Notes: generated by a model not told the origin, from the sequence alone. Counted from the first letter of the stretch, positions 1 to 10,853 are shown. The stretch is DNA of 47,104 nt from Actinomycetota bacterium (GCA_037131575.1 JBAXQV010000001.1:1-47104), one strand, 5' to 3'. A program made the numbers and translations.

Positions 1-77
1 GCTCGGTTCCGGGCGTTCCGGTCAGCTCCGGAAGCTGACAGTGCGCTTCAGGTGCTGACCAGAACGACGGGCGTGGG

Positions 78-1202
78 GTGGGGCGGCGAACAGAGTCGGG
101 GAGTCGGTCGGTCGGTCGGTGTCGGTCGGCCATGGTGGGTCGTGGTCGGCCGTGGTGGGTCGAGGGAGGCTGGTTGGGGTACCGTCACAGCGTGGATATC
201 ACCACTGTTGCCGACGACCTGATCGTGGCCCACGACGGCCTCGATGTGTACCAACTCGATGGGCTCAGCCCCGATAGCGAGTACGAGATTCGCGGCGTGG
301 GCGTGCGTACCCTCGCCCGCCCGGCGGGTGAACTGCTGTGCCGGTTCGGCACGGTGAACGATGTGCATTTCGGTGAGAAGGAATGCGGTCGCATCGACGA
401 CAACCCTGAAGGACCCATCCAGCGTGTGGGGCCCGACGAAACCCCCTACCCGGTCACGATGAACCAGGGTGCGGTGGCCGAGATGCTCGCCGCCGACTTG
501 GCTGCCGTGTTCGTGAAGGGCGATCTCTCCGGCGATGGTCGGCCCGACGAATGGGCGGCGTTCGAGGCCTGCTACCGCGACCCGTTCGGCGACCGGTTGC
601 ACGTGGTGCGTGGCAACCACGACTCGTATCAACTGCAGACCGAATACGCTGGCGACACCTGGGTCGAACTTTCCGGCGTTGCCGTGGCGCTGATGGACAC
701 GGCCATCCCCGGGCAGACCACCGGCATGCTCGAGGCCGATCAACTCGAGTGGCTCGACGCCCACGCGGCTGCCTCCACTGTGCCGGTGATCGTGATGGGG
801 CATCACCAGCAGTGGACCCCGGGCCCCGACCCCACCGGCCATCGAAGTGAGGGGTACTTCGGGTTACATCCCGATGCCAGCGATGCACTCACCGAGGTGA
901 TGAACCGCCGCCGCTCGATCGTTGCCTACACAGCGGGGCACACCCATCGCCACCGGGTGCGCACGCTGCCGAATGGTGTGCCCACCGTGGAGATCGGCTG
1001 CGTGAAGGACTTTCCCGGCACCTGGGCCGAGTACCGGGTGTACGAGGGCGGCATCATGCAGGTGGTGCATCGCATCAGCTCCGCCGCCGCGCTCGAGTGG
1101 AGCGAACGGTGTCGGCATCTGTACAGCGATTTCGGTGTCGATTACGAGACCTACGCGCTCGGCCAACTGAGCGACCGGTGTTTCACGATCGCCCTGCGGT
1201 AA
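78..1202 (+). CDS. Calcineurin-like metallophosphoesterase
   Basis: 374-aa ORF with the metallophosphoesterase motif series 'NDVHFGE', 'KGDLSGDG', 'VRGNHDS', 'VMGHHQ', 'AGHTHRH'. Start uncertain (GTG/ATG at 78, in-frame ATG at 132). Confidence 0.75.
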   Translation: MGRRTESGSRSVGRCRSAMVGRGRPWWVEGGWLGYRHSVDITTVADDLIVAHDGLDVYQLDGLSPDSEYEIRGVGVRTLARPAGELLCRFGTVNDVHFGEKECGRIDDNPEGPIQRVGPDETPYPVTMNQGAVAEMLAADLAAVFVKGDLSGDGRPDEWAAFEACYRDPFGDRLHVVRGNHDSYQLQTEYAGDTWVELSGVAVALMDTAIPGQTTGMLEADQLEWLDAHAAASTVPVIVMGHHQQWTPGPDPTGHRSEGYFGLHPDASDALTEVMNRRRSIVAYTAGHTHRHRVRTLPNGVPTVEIGCVKDFPGTWAEYRVYEGGIMQVVHRISSAAALEWSERCRHLYSDFGVDYETYALGQLSDRCFTIALR

Positions 1203-1207
1203 GCACG

Positions 1208-2332
1208 GTGCCCACCGGAACGCCACCGCTCGCCGACCTGCGCGTGCTCGACCTCTCAACCGTGCTCGCGGGCCCGAACTGCGCTCGCTATCTCGCCGAT
1301 TTCGGTGCCGATGTGATCAAGATCGAGCGACCCGACACCGGCGACAGCCTGCGCAACATGGCCTGGCGCGACCCACGCGACGGTGAAGGCCTGTGGTGGA
1401 AGGTGGTGAATCGCAACAAGCGCACGGTGGCCCTCGACCTGAAACTCGAGGCCGATCTCGACGTGTTCTGGCGGCTCATCGCCGATGCCGACGTACTGGT
1501 CGAGAACTTCCGCCCCGGCACGCTCGAACGCCTCGGCCTCGGCCCCGACCAACTGCATGCCCGCAACCCGCATCTGGTGGTCACCCGTGTCACCGGGTTC
1601 GGGCAGACCGGGCCATACTCGGGGCGAGCAGGGTTCGCCACCATCGCCGAATCGATGTCGGGGCTCAGCGCCATCAGCGGCGAGCCCGATGGCCAACCAC
1701 TGCTGCCGCCCATTGCGCTCACCGATGAGGTGACCGGCCTCGTGGCCGCGTTGGCAACCATGGTGGCGTTGCACAGCGGGGTGGGGCAGGTGGTCGATGT
1801 GAGCTTGCTCGAGAGCCTGTTCCAGATCATGGGCCCGCTCATCTCGCTCTACGAACTCACCGGCGAGCAGCAACCGCGTCTCGGTGCCGGCCTGCCCTAC
1901 ACCGTGCCCCGCGGCACCTATCGCTGCAGCGACGGCAAGTGGGTGGGTGTGAGCACCAGTGCCGACAGTGTTGCGGCGCGGGTGACCGCCCTGCTGGGCG
2001 TGGGCGACGACCCCCGCTTCACCACGTTCGCCGGACGCATGGCCAACCGTGCCGCCCTCGAAGCGATCATGGTGGCGTGGTGTGCTGAGCGCACCCAGGT
2101 CGACGTGCTCGAGGCGTTCACCACCGCCGAGGCTGCCATCGGCCCGGTGATGGACATGGCCGATATCGCCGTCGACCCGCACTACGCGGCGCGTGATGCC
2201 ATCGTGGCGCTCGACGGCACTCCGATGCAGGGACTCATCGCCAAACTCAGTGCCACACCGGGCGTGCTGCGTTGGCAGGGCCGAGCGCTCGACGCCGATG
2301 GCGACGAGATCAGACGCAACGGCTGGGGCTGA
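1208..2332 (+). CDS. Family III CoA-transferase (CaiB/BaiF-like)
   Basis: N-terminus '[35 protein letters not shown]' is the typical family III CoA-transferase signature. In-frame GTG at 1208 lies 6 nt after the upstream stop (1200-1202). The longer ORF from 1097 would overlap the previous gene. Confidence 0.8.
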   Translation: MPTGTPPLADLRVLDLSTVLAGPNCARYLADFGADVIKIERPDTGDSLRNMAWRDPRDGEGLWWKVVNRNKRTVALDLKLEADLDVFWRLIADADVLVENFRPGTLERLGLGPDQLHARNPHLVVTRVTGFGQTGPYSGRAGFATIAESMSGLSAISGEPDGQPLLPPIALTDEVTGLVAALATMVALHSGVGQVVDVSLLESLFQIMGPLISLYELTGEQQPRLGAGLPYTVPRGTYRCSDGKWVGVSTSADSVAARVTALLGVGDDPRFTTFAGRMANRAALEAIMVAWCAERTQVDVLEAFTTAEAAIGPVMDMADIAVDPHYAARDAIVALDGTPMQGLIAKLSATPGVLRWQGRALDADGDEIRRNGWG

Positions 2333-2365
2333 CCGGCCGCGTCGGGCCAGGCTGGGTGCAGCGGT

Positions 2366-3013
<648 letters not shown>

Positions 3014-3047
3014 GCACTCAGGCTAGGCCTGTCTACAGTCGTGTGTC

Positions 3048-3533
3048 GTGCTGATCCGCGACACTCTTCCCACCGATCTCGATGCTGCGCTGGCGCTCAA
3101 CAACGCCAATGTGCCAGCGGTGAACGAACTCGACCGGGCCGAGATCGAACGGTTGGTGGGCATCAGCCACGTATCGCTCACTGCCGAGGTGGAGGGAGCC
3201 TTCGCCGGGTTCTGCATCGTGTTCGCTCCGGGCGTCGACTACGCCAGCCTCAACTACCAGTGGTTCAGCCGCAACTACATGGAGTTCGCCTACCTCGATC
3301 GCATCGCCGTCGACTCGACCTTCCGCCGATACGGCATCGGCCGCGGTTTCTACGCCACCCTGGTCGATCGGCTCACCGGCCAGTTTCCGGTGCTGTGCTG
3401 CGAGGTGAACATCAGGCCGCGCAACGACGCCTCGCTCGAGTTCCACGAGTCGATCGGGTTCCGCGAAGTAGGCCAACAAGACACCGACGGCGGCCGCAAG
3501 ACGGTGAGCCTGCTCGAACTCCCCCTGCGGTAG
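3048..3533 (+). CDS. GNAT family N-acetyltransferase
   Basis: 161-aa ORF (GTG start). Acetyl-CoA binding-type motif '[10 protein letters not shown]' in the expected position and a typical GNAT length. Confidence 0.7.
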   Translation: MLIRDTLPTDLDAALALNNANVPAVNELDRAEIERLVGISHVSLTAEVEGAFAGFCIVFAPGVDYASLNYQWFSRNYMEFAYLDRIAVDSTFRRYGIGRGFYATLVDRLTGQFPVLCCEVNIRPRNDASLEFHESIGFREVGQQDTDGGRKTVSLLELPLR

Positions 3534-3540
3534 AGGGCGT

Positions 3541-4344
3541 TCAGCGGCGGTCGGGAAGGAAGCGGAAGCGGTCGCGCACGGCGGCCACATGCGCGGCCGA
3601 GATATCGGCCAGCAGGATGCTCTCGGTGTGTGACGCAGTGGCGAGCAACTCGCCGAGCGGGTCGACGATGCGACTGTCGCCGCTGTAGGCGAGCCCGTTG
3701 CCGTTGCCCACCCGGTTGCAGCCCACTACATACGCCTGGTTCTCGATGGCACGGGCCTGCAACAGGGCCATCCAGTGTGTGCGCCGAGCCTCGGGCCAGT
3801 TGGCGGGTACGAGATACACGTCGGTGGTGGTGGCGAGTTGCCAGAACTCGTCGGCGAAGCGCAGGTCGTAACACACGAACAGGGTGAAGCGAAGGCCGTC
3901 GATGGTGACCTGCACGAACTGATCGCCCGCTCGGAAGTGCTTGTCTTCGCCGCCGTAGGTGAAGGGGTGGATCTTGCGGTAGCGGTGCAGTTCGCCATCG
4001 GGTCCGGCCAGCACGAAGCTGTTGTGCGGGCGTTGGTCGTGGGCGGGTGCATCGGGGGCGACTTCGGGGCACGAACCGCCCACCCACACACCGTGCTCGC
4101 GGGCCAGGGCGGCGAGGAACTGTGCCGACGGGCCACCGGTGGGTTCACCGAGGTCGTCGCGATCGGTGGCGAAGCCGGTGGAGAACGTTTCGCTGAGCAA
4201 CACCAACCGGGCACCGCTGGCCACCGCACCGGCGATGAGCGGGGCGAGGTGGGCGAAGTTGGCCTCGCGATCGCACCAGGCGATGTCGTGCTGGATGGCG
4301 GCAATGCGCATCGAACCGGAGGCGGCGCCTGGACCCGCGCTCAT
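3541..4344 (-). CDS. Carbon-nitrogen hydrolase (nitrilase superfamily, omega-amidase-like)
   Basis: Glu-Lys-Cys triad contexts 'LLSETF', 'YRKIHPF', 'FVCYDLRF'. ATG at 4344 overlaps the upstream stop as ATGA (4341-4344). The 527-aa track ORF is an out-of-frame read-through of the neighbouring gene. Alternative start at 4311 (MRIAAIQ). Confidence 0.8.
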   Translation of the reverse strand: MSAGPGAASGSMRIAAIQHDIAWCDREANFAHLAPLIAGAVASGARLVLLSETFSTGFATDRDDLGEPTGGPSAQFLAALAREHGVWVGGSCPEVAPDAPAHDQRPHNSFVLAGPDGELHRYRKIHPFTYGGEDKHFRAGDQFVQVTIDGLRFTLFVCYDLRFADEFWQLATTTDVYLVPANWPEARRTHWMALLQARAIENQAYVVGCNRVGNGNGLAYSGDSRIVDPLGELLATASHTESILLADISAAHVAAVRDRFRFLPDRR

Positions 4345-5543
4345 GGTGCCATTCCGGTCAACCGCTCGGCGGCCTCGTCGAGCACCTCGAACCGCTTGCA
4401 GAAGGCGAAGCGCACCAGGTGCCTGCCCTCGCGCTTGTTCGCGTAGAACACCTCGTTGGGAATGGCCACCACCCCGCATCGATAGGGCAGGTCGCGACAG
4501 AACGCCATGCCATCGCCGTCGGCGCGCAACGGGCGGATGTCGACGGTGACGAAGTACGTGCCGCGAGTGGGGTACACCGTGAAACCGGCAGCGGTGAGGC
4601 CGGGCAGCAGGCGGTCGCGCTTGGCCTGCATATCGGCCGACAGCCCGGTGAAGAACTCGGTGGGCAGGCTGAGGCCGGCGGCGATGCCAGGTTGGAATGG
4701 TCCGCCGTTCACATAGGTGAGGAACTGCTTGGCCGTCTTCGCCACGGTGACGAGATGCGCCGGGCCGCACAGCCAGCCGATCTTCCACCCGGTGGTGTTG
4801 AAGGTCTTGCCACCGCTCGAGATGCTGATGGTGCGGTCGCGCATACCCGGCAACGTGGCCATGGCGATGTGCTGCGCGTCGTCGAACACCAGGTGCTCGT
4901 ACACCTCGTCGGTGATGACGATGAGGTCGTACTCGAGGGCGAGGTCGGCGATGGCTTGCATCTCGGCACGATCGAGCACCTTGCCGGTGGGGTTGTGCGG
5001 AGTGTTGACGAGTAGCGCCTTGGTTTTCGGCGTGATGGCGGCGCGCAGTTCGTCGAGATCGAACCCGTAGCTCGGAGGTCGCAGTGTGACTGGCTTGGCG
5101 GTGGCGCCGGCGAGCGCGATACACGCCTGATAGCTGTCGTACATCGGCTCGAACAGCACCACTTCGTCGCCGGTGTCGAGTAGGCCGAGCAAGATGCCGG
5201 CCAACGCCTCAGTGGCCCCGGCGGTGACCAGTACCTCGGTGTCGGGGTCGTAAGCGAGGCCGTAGAAACGCTGCTGGTGTTCGGCGATGGCAGCACGCAG
5301 CACGGGCATGCCCAGCCCCGGTGGGTACTGGTTGAGGCCACCGTTGATGGCGGCGATGGCGGCGTCGAGCACCTCTCGCGGCCCGTCGGTGTCGGGGAAG
5401 CCCTGGCCGAGGTTGATACTGCCGGTGGCGGCAGCCAACGAAGTCATCTCGGCGAAGATGGTGGTGCCGAAACCCTGCAGCTTCGCGGTGAGATGAGGTA
5501 CTCGTGCGCTCGTCACCTCACCAGCGTAGGCGTGTGTGCGCAT
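4341..5543 (-). CDS. Class I/II PLP-dependent aminotransferase (MtnE/YbdL/DapC-like)
   Basis: 400-aa ORF with 'NTPHNPTGKV' and the PLP-lysine motif 'SSGGKTFNTTGWKIGW'. Fold-type I aminotransferase length. Confidence 0.85.
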   Translation of the reverse strand: MRTHAYAGEVTSARVPHLTAKLQGFGTTIFAEMTSLAAATGSINLGQGFPDTDGPREVLDAAIAAINGGLNQYPPGLGMPVLRAAIAEHQQRFYGLAYDPDTEVLVTAGATEALAGILLGLLDTGDEVVLFEPMYDSYQACIALAGATAKPVTLRPPSYGFDLDELRAAITPKTKALLVNTPHNPTGKVLDRAEMQAIADLALEYDLIVITDEVYEHLVFDDAQHIAMATLPGMRDRTISISSGGKTFNTTGWKIGWLCGPAHLVTVAKTAKQFLTYVNGGPFQPGIAAGLSLPTEFFTGLSADMQAKRDRLLPGLTAAGFTVYPTRGTYFVTVDIRPLRADGDGMAFCRDLPYRCGVVAIPNEVFYANKREGRHLVRFAFCKRFEVLDEAAERLTGMAP

Positions 5544-5563
5544 CGCCGCATCAGCGACGATCG

Positions 5564-5974
5564 TCAGTTCACCGCGATGGTGCCGTGCATCGACGAGTGA
5601 ATCTTGCAGTGGATCTTGTACGAACCGGCCTTGGCGATGGTGAGCGTGGCCGTGCCCCCGGCGGCCACCTTCACGTCGAACGATCCTGCATCGTCAGTAA
5701 CGGTATGGGCGGCCGAATCCTTGTTCACGATGGTGATCTGTTGCCCTGCGGTGGCGGTGAGCGGACCGAAGGCAAAGCCCGCGATGGTGAGCGTTGCACC
5801 CGTCGCAGGCGTGCTCGTTGCCGGGCTGCTGGCAGCAGTGGTGGTGGCGGGGCTGGTGGCAGAGGTGGTGGCGGGGCTGGTGGCGGTGGCAGTGGAGCTT
5901 GACGAGCACCCAACGATTGCCAACGGCGCGAGAGCCACCACGACTGCGCCGACGCGAATGAACGAACGGTTCAT
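5564..5974 (-). CDS. Cupredoxin-like (type-1 copper) lipoprotein
   Basis: 136 aa from ATG 5974. Signal peptide plus lipobox 'LAIVGC', Ser/Thr/Pro/Ala linker, C-terminal ligand pattern 'AAHTV...' and 'HCKIHSSMHG' (C-x2-H-x2-M). Confidence 0.7.
   Translation of the reverse strand: MNRSFIRVGAVVVALAPLAIVGCSSSSTATATSPATTSATSPATTTAASSPATSTPATGATLTIAGFAFGPLTATAGQQITIVNKDSAAHTVTDDAGSFDVKVAAGGTATLTIAKAGSYKIHCKIHSSMHGTIAVN
5840..5887. repeat. 2 x 24-bp tandem repeat inside the cupredoxin linker
   Basis: GGTGGTGGCGGGGCTGGTGGC(AGA/GGT) occurs twice back to back. It encodes ATSPATT(S/T) on the minus strand. Confidence 0.8.
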
Positions 5975-5984
5975 GACTCTCCGA

Positions 5985-6398
5985 TCAACTGACGAAGCCC
6001 TCGAGATTGTCGGGGCCGAACGAGTAGGGCAAGAGCTGATCGAGGGTGAGTGTGAGCCGAATGCCATCTGGTCCGCAGGTGTGGATGGGTGTATCGAGCG
6101 CAGCGAACTCGCGGATGCGCTGTCGGCAGCCACCGCAGCACGACGCCAACCGGTCGCCGTCGGCGACGACCAGCACCTCCACGATCTGGTGCTCACCGGC
6201 CCCCACCATGGCGCTGATGGCGCTGGCCTCGGCACAGCACCCTTGAGGGTACGCAGCGTTCTCGACGTTGCAGCCCGAATAGATGGCCCCACTGGCGGTG
6301 CGCAACGCGGCTCCCACCTTGTAGTGCGAGTACGGCGCGTGTGCCCGTTGCTGAATGGCGCGGGCGGCATCGAACAATTCCTGCTGATCGGGAGTCAT
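5985..6398 (-). CDS. cdd: Cytidine deaminase
   Basis: 137 aa from ATG 6398. Zinc-ligand motifs 'CAEASAI' and 'CGGCRQ'. The longer 286-aa track ORF has an implausible N-terminal extension. Confidence 0.85.
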   Translation of the reverse strand: MTPDQQELFDAARAIQQRAHAPYSHYKVGAALRTASGAIYSGCNVENAAYPQGCCAEASAISAMVGAGEHQIVEVLVVADGDRLASCCGGCRQRIREFAALDTPIHTCGPDGIRLTLTLDQLLPYSFGPDNLEGFVS

Positions 6399-6464
6399 GT
6401 GGCGACTGTACCTGTGGCCGTTTGCAAGTCGCGCCAAGAGCGGTCGACATGACACGATGGGTGA

Positions 6465-7298
6465 ATGGCCGACGCCGAACCATCGACCCCCGCCGCTACC
6501 GCCGAGTCGTTCAGCGGCAGCGCGGCCCGCAAACCCACGTGGCGTCACCGCTTCCTCGGTAACCCCGTGGCGCGAACGATCTTGTCGATCTGGGCGTGGT
6601 TCATCCTCGGCCTGGTGGTGTTCATCTGGACCCCACTGGTGGCCATCACGCTGGTGGTGACGTACCCGTTCGATCGTGGTCGGTACGCGCCCGGCTATCT
6701 CTTCCGCAAGCTGGCGGTGGCGCATCAGATTTTGAACCCACTGTGGACCTTCCGCACCTCGGGCACCATGCTCGCCGACCCGCGGCGGCCATATGTGGTG
6801 GTGGCCAACCATCAGAGCTTCGTCGACATCTTGCTCATCTCGCATCTGCCGTGGGAGATGAAGTGGATGTCGAAAGAGTCGCTGATGCGCATTCCGTTCG
6901 TCGGCTGGATGATGCGCATGTCGGGCGACATCCGCGTGGTGCGTGGCCAGAAGGACAGCATCATCAAGGCCATGGCCGCGTGTCGCGATCGCCTCGACAA
7001 GAAGGTGAGCGTGATGATCTATCCCGAGGGCACACGCTCGAAGACCGGTGAGGTGGGGCCGTTCAAAGATGGTGCGTTCCGTCTGGCCATCGAGACCGGT
7101 TGCCCCATCGTGCCGATGGCGGTGAACGGTGCATATACGGCGTTGGTGAAGGGCGACTGGCGTTTCGGCGTGAGCGATGCCGAGGTGCGTGTGCTCGAAC
7201 CCATCAGCACCGAGGGCCTCACCCTGGCCGACGTGCCGGTGCTGCGCGAACGAGTGCGCGACATCATCATCGCCGAAGTGAACACGATGCGCGCATGA
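6465..7298 (+). CDS. 1-acyl-sn-glycerol-3-phosphate acyltransferase family protein
   Basis: Acyltransferase motifs 'NHQSFVD' (H-x4-D) and 'YPEGTRS', with an N-terminal hydrophobic anchor. Confidence 0.8.
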   Translation: MADAEPSTPAATAESFSGSAARKPTWRHRFLGNPVARTILSIWAWFILGLVVFIWTPLVAITLVVTYPFDRGRYAPGYLFRKLAVAHQILNPLWTFRTSGTMLADPRRPYVVVANHQSFVDILLISHLPWEMKWMSKESLMRIPFVGWMMRMSGDIRVVRGQKDSIIKAMAACRDRLDKKVSVMIYPEGTRSKTGEVGPFKDGAFRLAIETGCPIVPMAVNGAYTALVKGDWRFGVSDAEVRVLEPISTEGLTLADVPVLRERVRDIIIAEVNTMRA

Positions 7299-8221
7299 GT
7301 GCGTCGGCAGCCGTTGCGGTGAACCCCGAGGTGGCCGATGCGCTGGCGTCGGGTGCTGCGGTGGTGGCGCTCGAAAGCACCATCATCAGCCATGGTATGC
7401 CGTACCCCACCAACGTGGAGATGGCTCGCGAGGTGGAGGGCATCGTTCGCGCCAACGGCGCTGTGCCTGCAACCATCGCCGTGCTCGACGGTCGTTGCCA
7501 GGTGGGCCTCGACGCAGCCCAACTCGAACAGCTCGCCACACAACCCGACGTGTTCAAGGCCACCACCCGCGACCTGCCGTGGCTCATGGCCGCCGGCCGT
7601 ACCGGAGCCACCACGGTGGCCGCCACCATGCGGCTTGCTGCACTGGCGGGTATCCGGGTGTTTGCCACGGGTGGCATTGGCGGTGTGCACCGCGGCGCAG
7701 CAGCCAGCATGGACATCTCGGCCGATCTCACCGAGCTCGGCATCACCCCGGTGTGCGTGGTGTCGGCGGGCGTGAAGAGCATCCTCGACATCGGGCTCAC
7801 CCTCGAACGGCTCGAGACGCTCGGCGTGCCCACCATCGTGCACGGCAGCGACGAGTTCCCCTCGTTCTATTCGCGTAGCAGCGGGTTCGCCGCGCCGCGT
7901 CGACTCGACAGCCCTGCCCTCATCGCCGCCCACCTGAACGCTACGTGGAATGTGCTCGGGCTCACCACAGGTGTGAGCGTTGCCAACCCCATTCCCGTTG
8001 CCGACGAGATTCCGGCGCACGAGATCGCTCGGGCCATCGATGCCGCGCTCGCCGAACTCGACGCCCTGGGCGTGACCGGCCAAGACGTCACACCCTTCCT
8101 GTTGGCCAAGGTGGTCGAGCGCACCGAGGGCCGCAGCCTCACGGCGAACCTTGCCCTGGTGCGCAACAATGCTGCGGTGGCAGCACAGATCGCCGTCGAA
8201 TACGGCATCTTGCAACGCTGA
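7295..8221 (+). CDS. psuG: Pseudouridine-5'-phosphate glycosidase
   Basis: 'AVVALESTIISHGMPYPTN' and overall IndA/PsuG-like sequence. ATG 7295 overlaps the upstream stop as ATGA (7295-7298). Confidence 0.85.
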   Translation: MSASAAVAVNPEVADALASGAAVVALESTIISHGMPYPTNVEMAREVEGIVRANGAVPATIAVLDGRCQVGLDAAQLEQLATQPDVFKATTRDLPWLMAAGRTGATTVAATMRLAALAGIRVFATGGIGGVHRGAAASMDISADLTELGITPVCVVSAGVKSILDIGLTLERLETLGVPTIVHGSDEFPSFYSRSSGFAAPRRLDSPALIAAHLNATWNVLGLTTGVSVANPIPVADEIPAHEIARAIDAALAELDALGVTGQDVTPFLLAKVVERTEGRSLTANLALVRNNAAVAAQIAVEYGILQR

Positions 8222-8228
8222 GCTGGCC

Positions 8229-8972
8229 TCAGTGGTGGCCGGTGCTTCCGAAGCTGGCGCGCAGGTGCTCGTCGGTGAGCACATCGGCGGGCTTTCCTGA
8301 GGCGACGATGCGCCCGGCGAGCAGCAGCACGTGGTCGGCGGTGTCGGCATCGTCGATGTCGTGTGTGCTCATCACCACAGCGCACCCCCGCGCTCGCTCT
8401 TCGGCAATGGCTCGTGCGATCGTTTCACGACCCTCGATGTCGAGGCCGGCGGTGGGTTCGTCGAGCAGCAGCAGGTCGGCTCGCCGTGCCAACGCCTGGG
8501 CGAGATGAGTGCGCTGGCGTTGCCCACCCGACAACTCCATCAGGGGTCGGTTGACGAACGTTCCCACACCCATGCGGTCGATCGCTTCGGCGCACAGTGT
8601 GTGGTCGATGGGGCGCATGCGGCGCACGAGGCCGAGGTCGGCGAAGCGGCCCATCGCCACCACATCGGCGGCGCGCAACGGCAGTGTGAACGAGCGCGCC
8701 GGATGTTGCGAGAGGTACGCCACGCGGGCGGGGAGCGCACCCGGCCGCTGTCCGAGTACCCGAATGCTGCCGTCCACCGGAGCAAGCAGCCCGGCAATGG
8801 TTTTCAGCAGCGTCGATTTGCCTGAACCATTGGTGCCGATGAGACACAGCAATCCACCCGGTTGCAGGGTGAGGTCGACATGCTCGATCACGGCGTGGTC
8901 GTTGTAGCCCACGGCAAGGTGCTCGGCCTCGAGCGCCATGGCACCGGAGCCCGACTCAGTGGTGATGCCCAT
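8229..8972 (-). CDS. Metal ABC transporter ATP-binding protein (ZnuC/MntA-like)
   Basis: Walker A 'GTNGSGKST', signature 'LSGGQRQR', Walker B 'LLLLDEP'. ATG 8972 has a GGGAGG SD 6-7 nt upstream. Longer (9026) and shorter (8939) starts are possible. Confidence 0.85.
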   Translation of the reverse strand: MGITTESGSGAMALEAEHLAVGYNDHAVIEHVDLTLQPGGLLCLIGTNGSGKSTLLKTIAGLLAPVDGSIRVLGQRPGALPARVAYLSQHPARSFTLPLRAADVVAMGRFADLGLVRRMRPIDHTLCAEAIDRMGVGTFVNRPLMELSGGQRQRTHLAQALARRADLLLLDEPTAGLDIEGRETIARAIAEERARGCAVVMSTHDIDDADTADHVLLLAGRIVASGKPADVLTDEHLRASFGSTGHH

Positions 8973-9864
8973 GGTCACCTCCCTGGTCGTGGTCATGGTC
9001 ATGGTCGTGTTCGTGGCCGCGCTCATGGTTGCGATGGGTGATTCGAGCCCGGCGTACCTCGGTGGCGGTGAAGGTGACCATGAAGATGGCCACGCTCACC
9101 GCAACGATGCTGGCCCCCGCAGCGAGATCGGCGTGATAGCTCAACGACAGGCCGGCATACACCGACACCACGCCGAGCACTGCGGCGATGGCGGTCATCG
9201 CACCCACACGGCGCGTGACCAGGGCCGCTGTGGACGCCGGCGCCACCAACATGCCAAACACCAACAGCGTGCCCACCACCTGGAACGAACTGATGATGGC
9301 TACTGCCACGATGAGCAGCAGCACGTTCTCGTAGCGACGCACGCGGAACCCCGAGGTGGTGGCGAGTTCGGGGTCGAGGCACAGCAACAGGAACGGCCGC
9401 CGGCACACCCACGCCACGGCCACCACGAACACCACGGCCAGGGCTTGCCACAGCAGTGCCGCGGGGTCGACCCCGAGGATGTCGCCGATGAAGATGCGGG
9501 TGAGGTCGCCGGTGAAACTGTGCGACTTCGACGTGATCATCACGCCCACGGCCAGCATGCCGGCGAACAACAGGCCGATGGCCGTATCGCCCGACAGACG
9601 CGAGCGCCGGGTGATGACCGAGACACCGCCCATCATCACGACCGTGCCAGCCGCGGCGCCGATGGTGACAGGGAAGCCGACCAGCAACGCGATGGCGATA
9701 CCCGGCAACACACCGTGGGCCAGTGCGTCGGCCACGAACGCCAACCCGCGCAGCACTACGAACGTGCCCACCACGGCACATGCCAGCGCCACCAGCACCC
9801 CGGCGGTGAGTGCTCGAGCGAGGAACGCGTTGTCGACGAACGGGGCGATGAAGAACTGGTACAT
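8956..9864 (-). CDS. Metal ABC transporter permease (ABC-3/ZnuB family) with His-rich C-terminal tail
   Basis: 302 aa from ATG 9864. Polytopic hydrophobic protein typical of ZnuB/MntB/TroC. Tail 'HRNHERGHEHDHDHDHDQGGDHGHHH'. Confidence 0.85.
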   Translation of the reverse strand: MYQFFIAPFVDNAFLARALTAGVLVALACAVVGTFVVLRGLAFVADALAHGVLPGIAIALLVGFPVTIGAAAGTVVMMGGVSVITRRSRLSGDTAIGLLFAGMLAVGVMITSKSHSFTGDLTRIFIGDILGVDPAALLWQALAVVFVVAVAWVCRRPFLLLCLDPELATTSGFRVRRYENVLLLIVAVAIISSFQVVGTLLVFGMLVAPASTAALVTRRVGAMTAIAAVLGVVSVYAGLSLSYHADLAAGASIVAVSVAIFMVTFTATEVRRARITHRNHERGHEHDHDHDHDQGGDHGHHH

Positions 9865-9872
9865 CGCCGCTA

Positions 9873-10844
9873 CTACGCCGCCCCGGTGAGGCCGTCGGCG
9901 ATACCGGTGGCGAGGGCGATGATGAACGCCGGGTAGCCGCCGCTGGTGGGCAGCCGGTGCGTGGGGAGCTCGACCAGTGGTACGCCCACGGTTCGCGCCA
10001 CCTGTTCGGCCACCTGCGCAGGTGTGCCCACCTCGGTGAAGATGGCCTTCACGCCCGCCGCGCGCGCCTGGGCGGCGAGTTGGGCGAGTTGTTGGGCCGA
10101 TGCTTCGGCGGTCGACGACAGGCTGGGAATGACGGCGCCCACGATCTGGCAGCCGTACCGGGCCGCGAAGTAGCCGAGCGATTCGTGCCCCGTGACCAAC
10201 GTGCACCCACCCGCGGGGATGCGGCCCACGATGGTGCGCACCTGCGCGTCGAGCGCGGCCAGGGTGCTCTGCACCGCCGCCAGGTTCGCGTCTAGGTCGA
10301 CGTGCAGTGTGGTCTGCAGCGCCGCAGCGAGGTCGGGGAGCATCTGCGCCATCGTCTGCGGGTCGGTCCACAGGTGCGGGTCGCTGCCACTGGGTGCATG
10401 GCCGCCGGCGGTGGGGGCCGTGGTGGTGCCGTCGAGTGCACGCACCGTCACATGGTCGGCCACGGTGAACACCGCCACCCCATCGGCACTGGCCCGTTCG
10501 AGCGAGCGGGTGAGGCCTTCTTCGAGCCCGAGCCCGTTGGCCACCACCAGGGCAGCGTGATTCATCGTCTCGATGTCGCGGGCCGATGCGCTGTAATCGT
10601 GAGGGTCGAGCCCATCGGGGATGATCACCTGCACAGCCGCGGTATCGCCCACCAGCCTGCTCACCACATCACCCAAGATCGAGTAGGTCACCACCACGGT
10701 TGGCCTGCCCCCCGTCGGTGTGCCGCTGGACGTTGAGCTACCGCAGGCACCCACGACGGTCACCGCCAGCGCGCCTCCAGCCAGCACCGCACTGATGCGG
10801 CGCCGACGGGCAGCGAAGGGTGAGTGGGGGCGGGGAATGGGCAT
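9873..10844 (-). CDS. Metal ABC transporter substrate-binding lipoprotein (TroA/ZnuA family)
   Basis: Signal peptide plus lipobox 'VVGACGSS'. TroA-like blocks 'DPHDY', 'DPHLWTDP', 'GHESLGYF'. First gene of the SBP-permease-ATPase operon. Confidence 0.85.
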   Translation of the reverse strand: MPIPRPHSPFAARRRRISAVLAGGALAVTVVGACGSSTSSGTPTGGRPTVVVTYSILGDVVSRLVGDTAAVQVIIPDGLDPHDYSASARDIETMNHAALVVANGLGLEEGLTRSLERASADGVAVFTVADHVTVRALDGTTTAPTAGGHAPSGSDPHLWTDPQTMAQMLPDLAAALQTTLHVDLDANLAAVQSTLAALDAQVRTIVGRIPAGGCTLVTGHESLGYFAARYGCQIVGAVIPSLSSTAEASAQQLAQLAAQARAAGVKAIFTEVGTPAQVAEQVARTVGVPLVELPTHRLPTSGGYPAFIIALATGIADGLTGAA

Positions 10845-10853
10845 TCTCAGTAG

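Noticed and set aside
3541-5124. 527-aa ORF extending the nitrilase-family gene upstream
   Set aside because: The first ~260 residues are an out-of-frame reading of the aminotransferase gene. The ATGA-coupled start at 4344 gives a normal-length C-N hydrolase.
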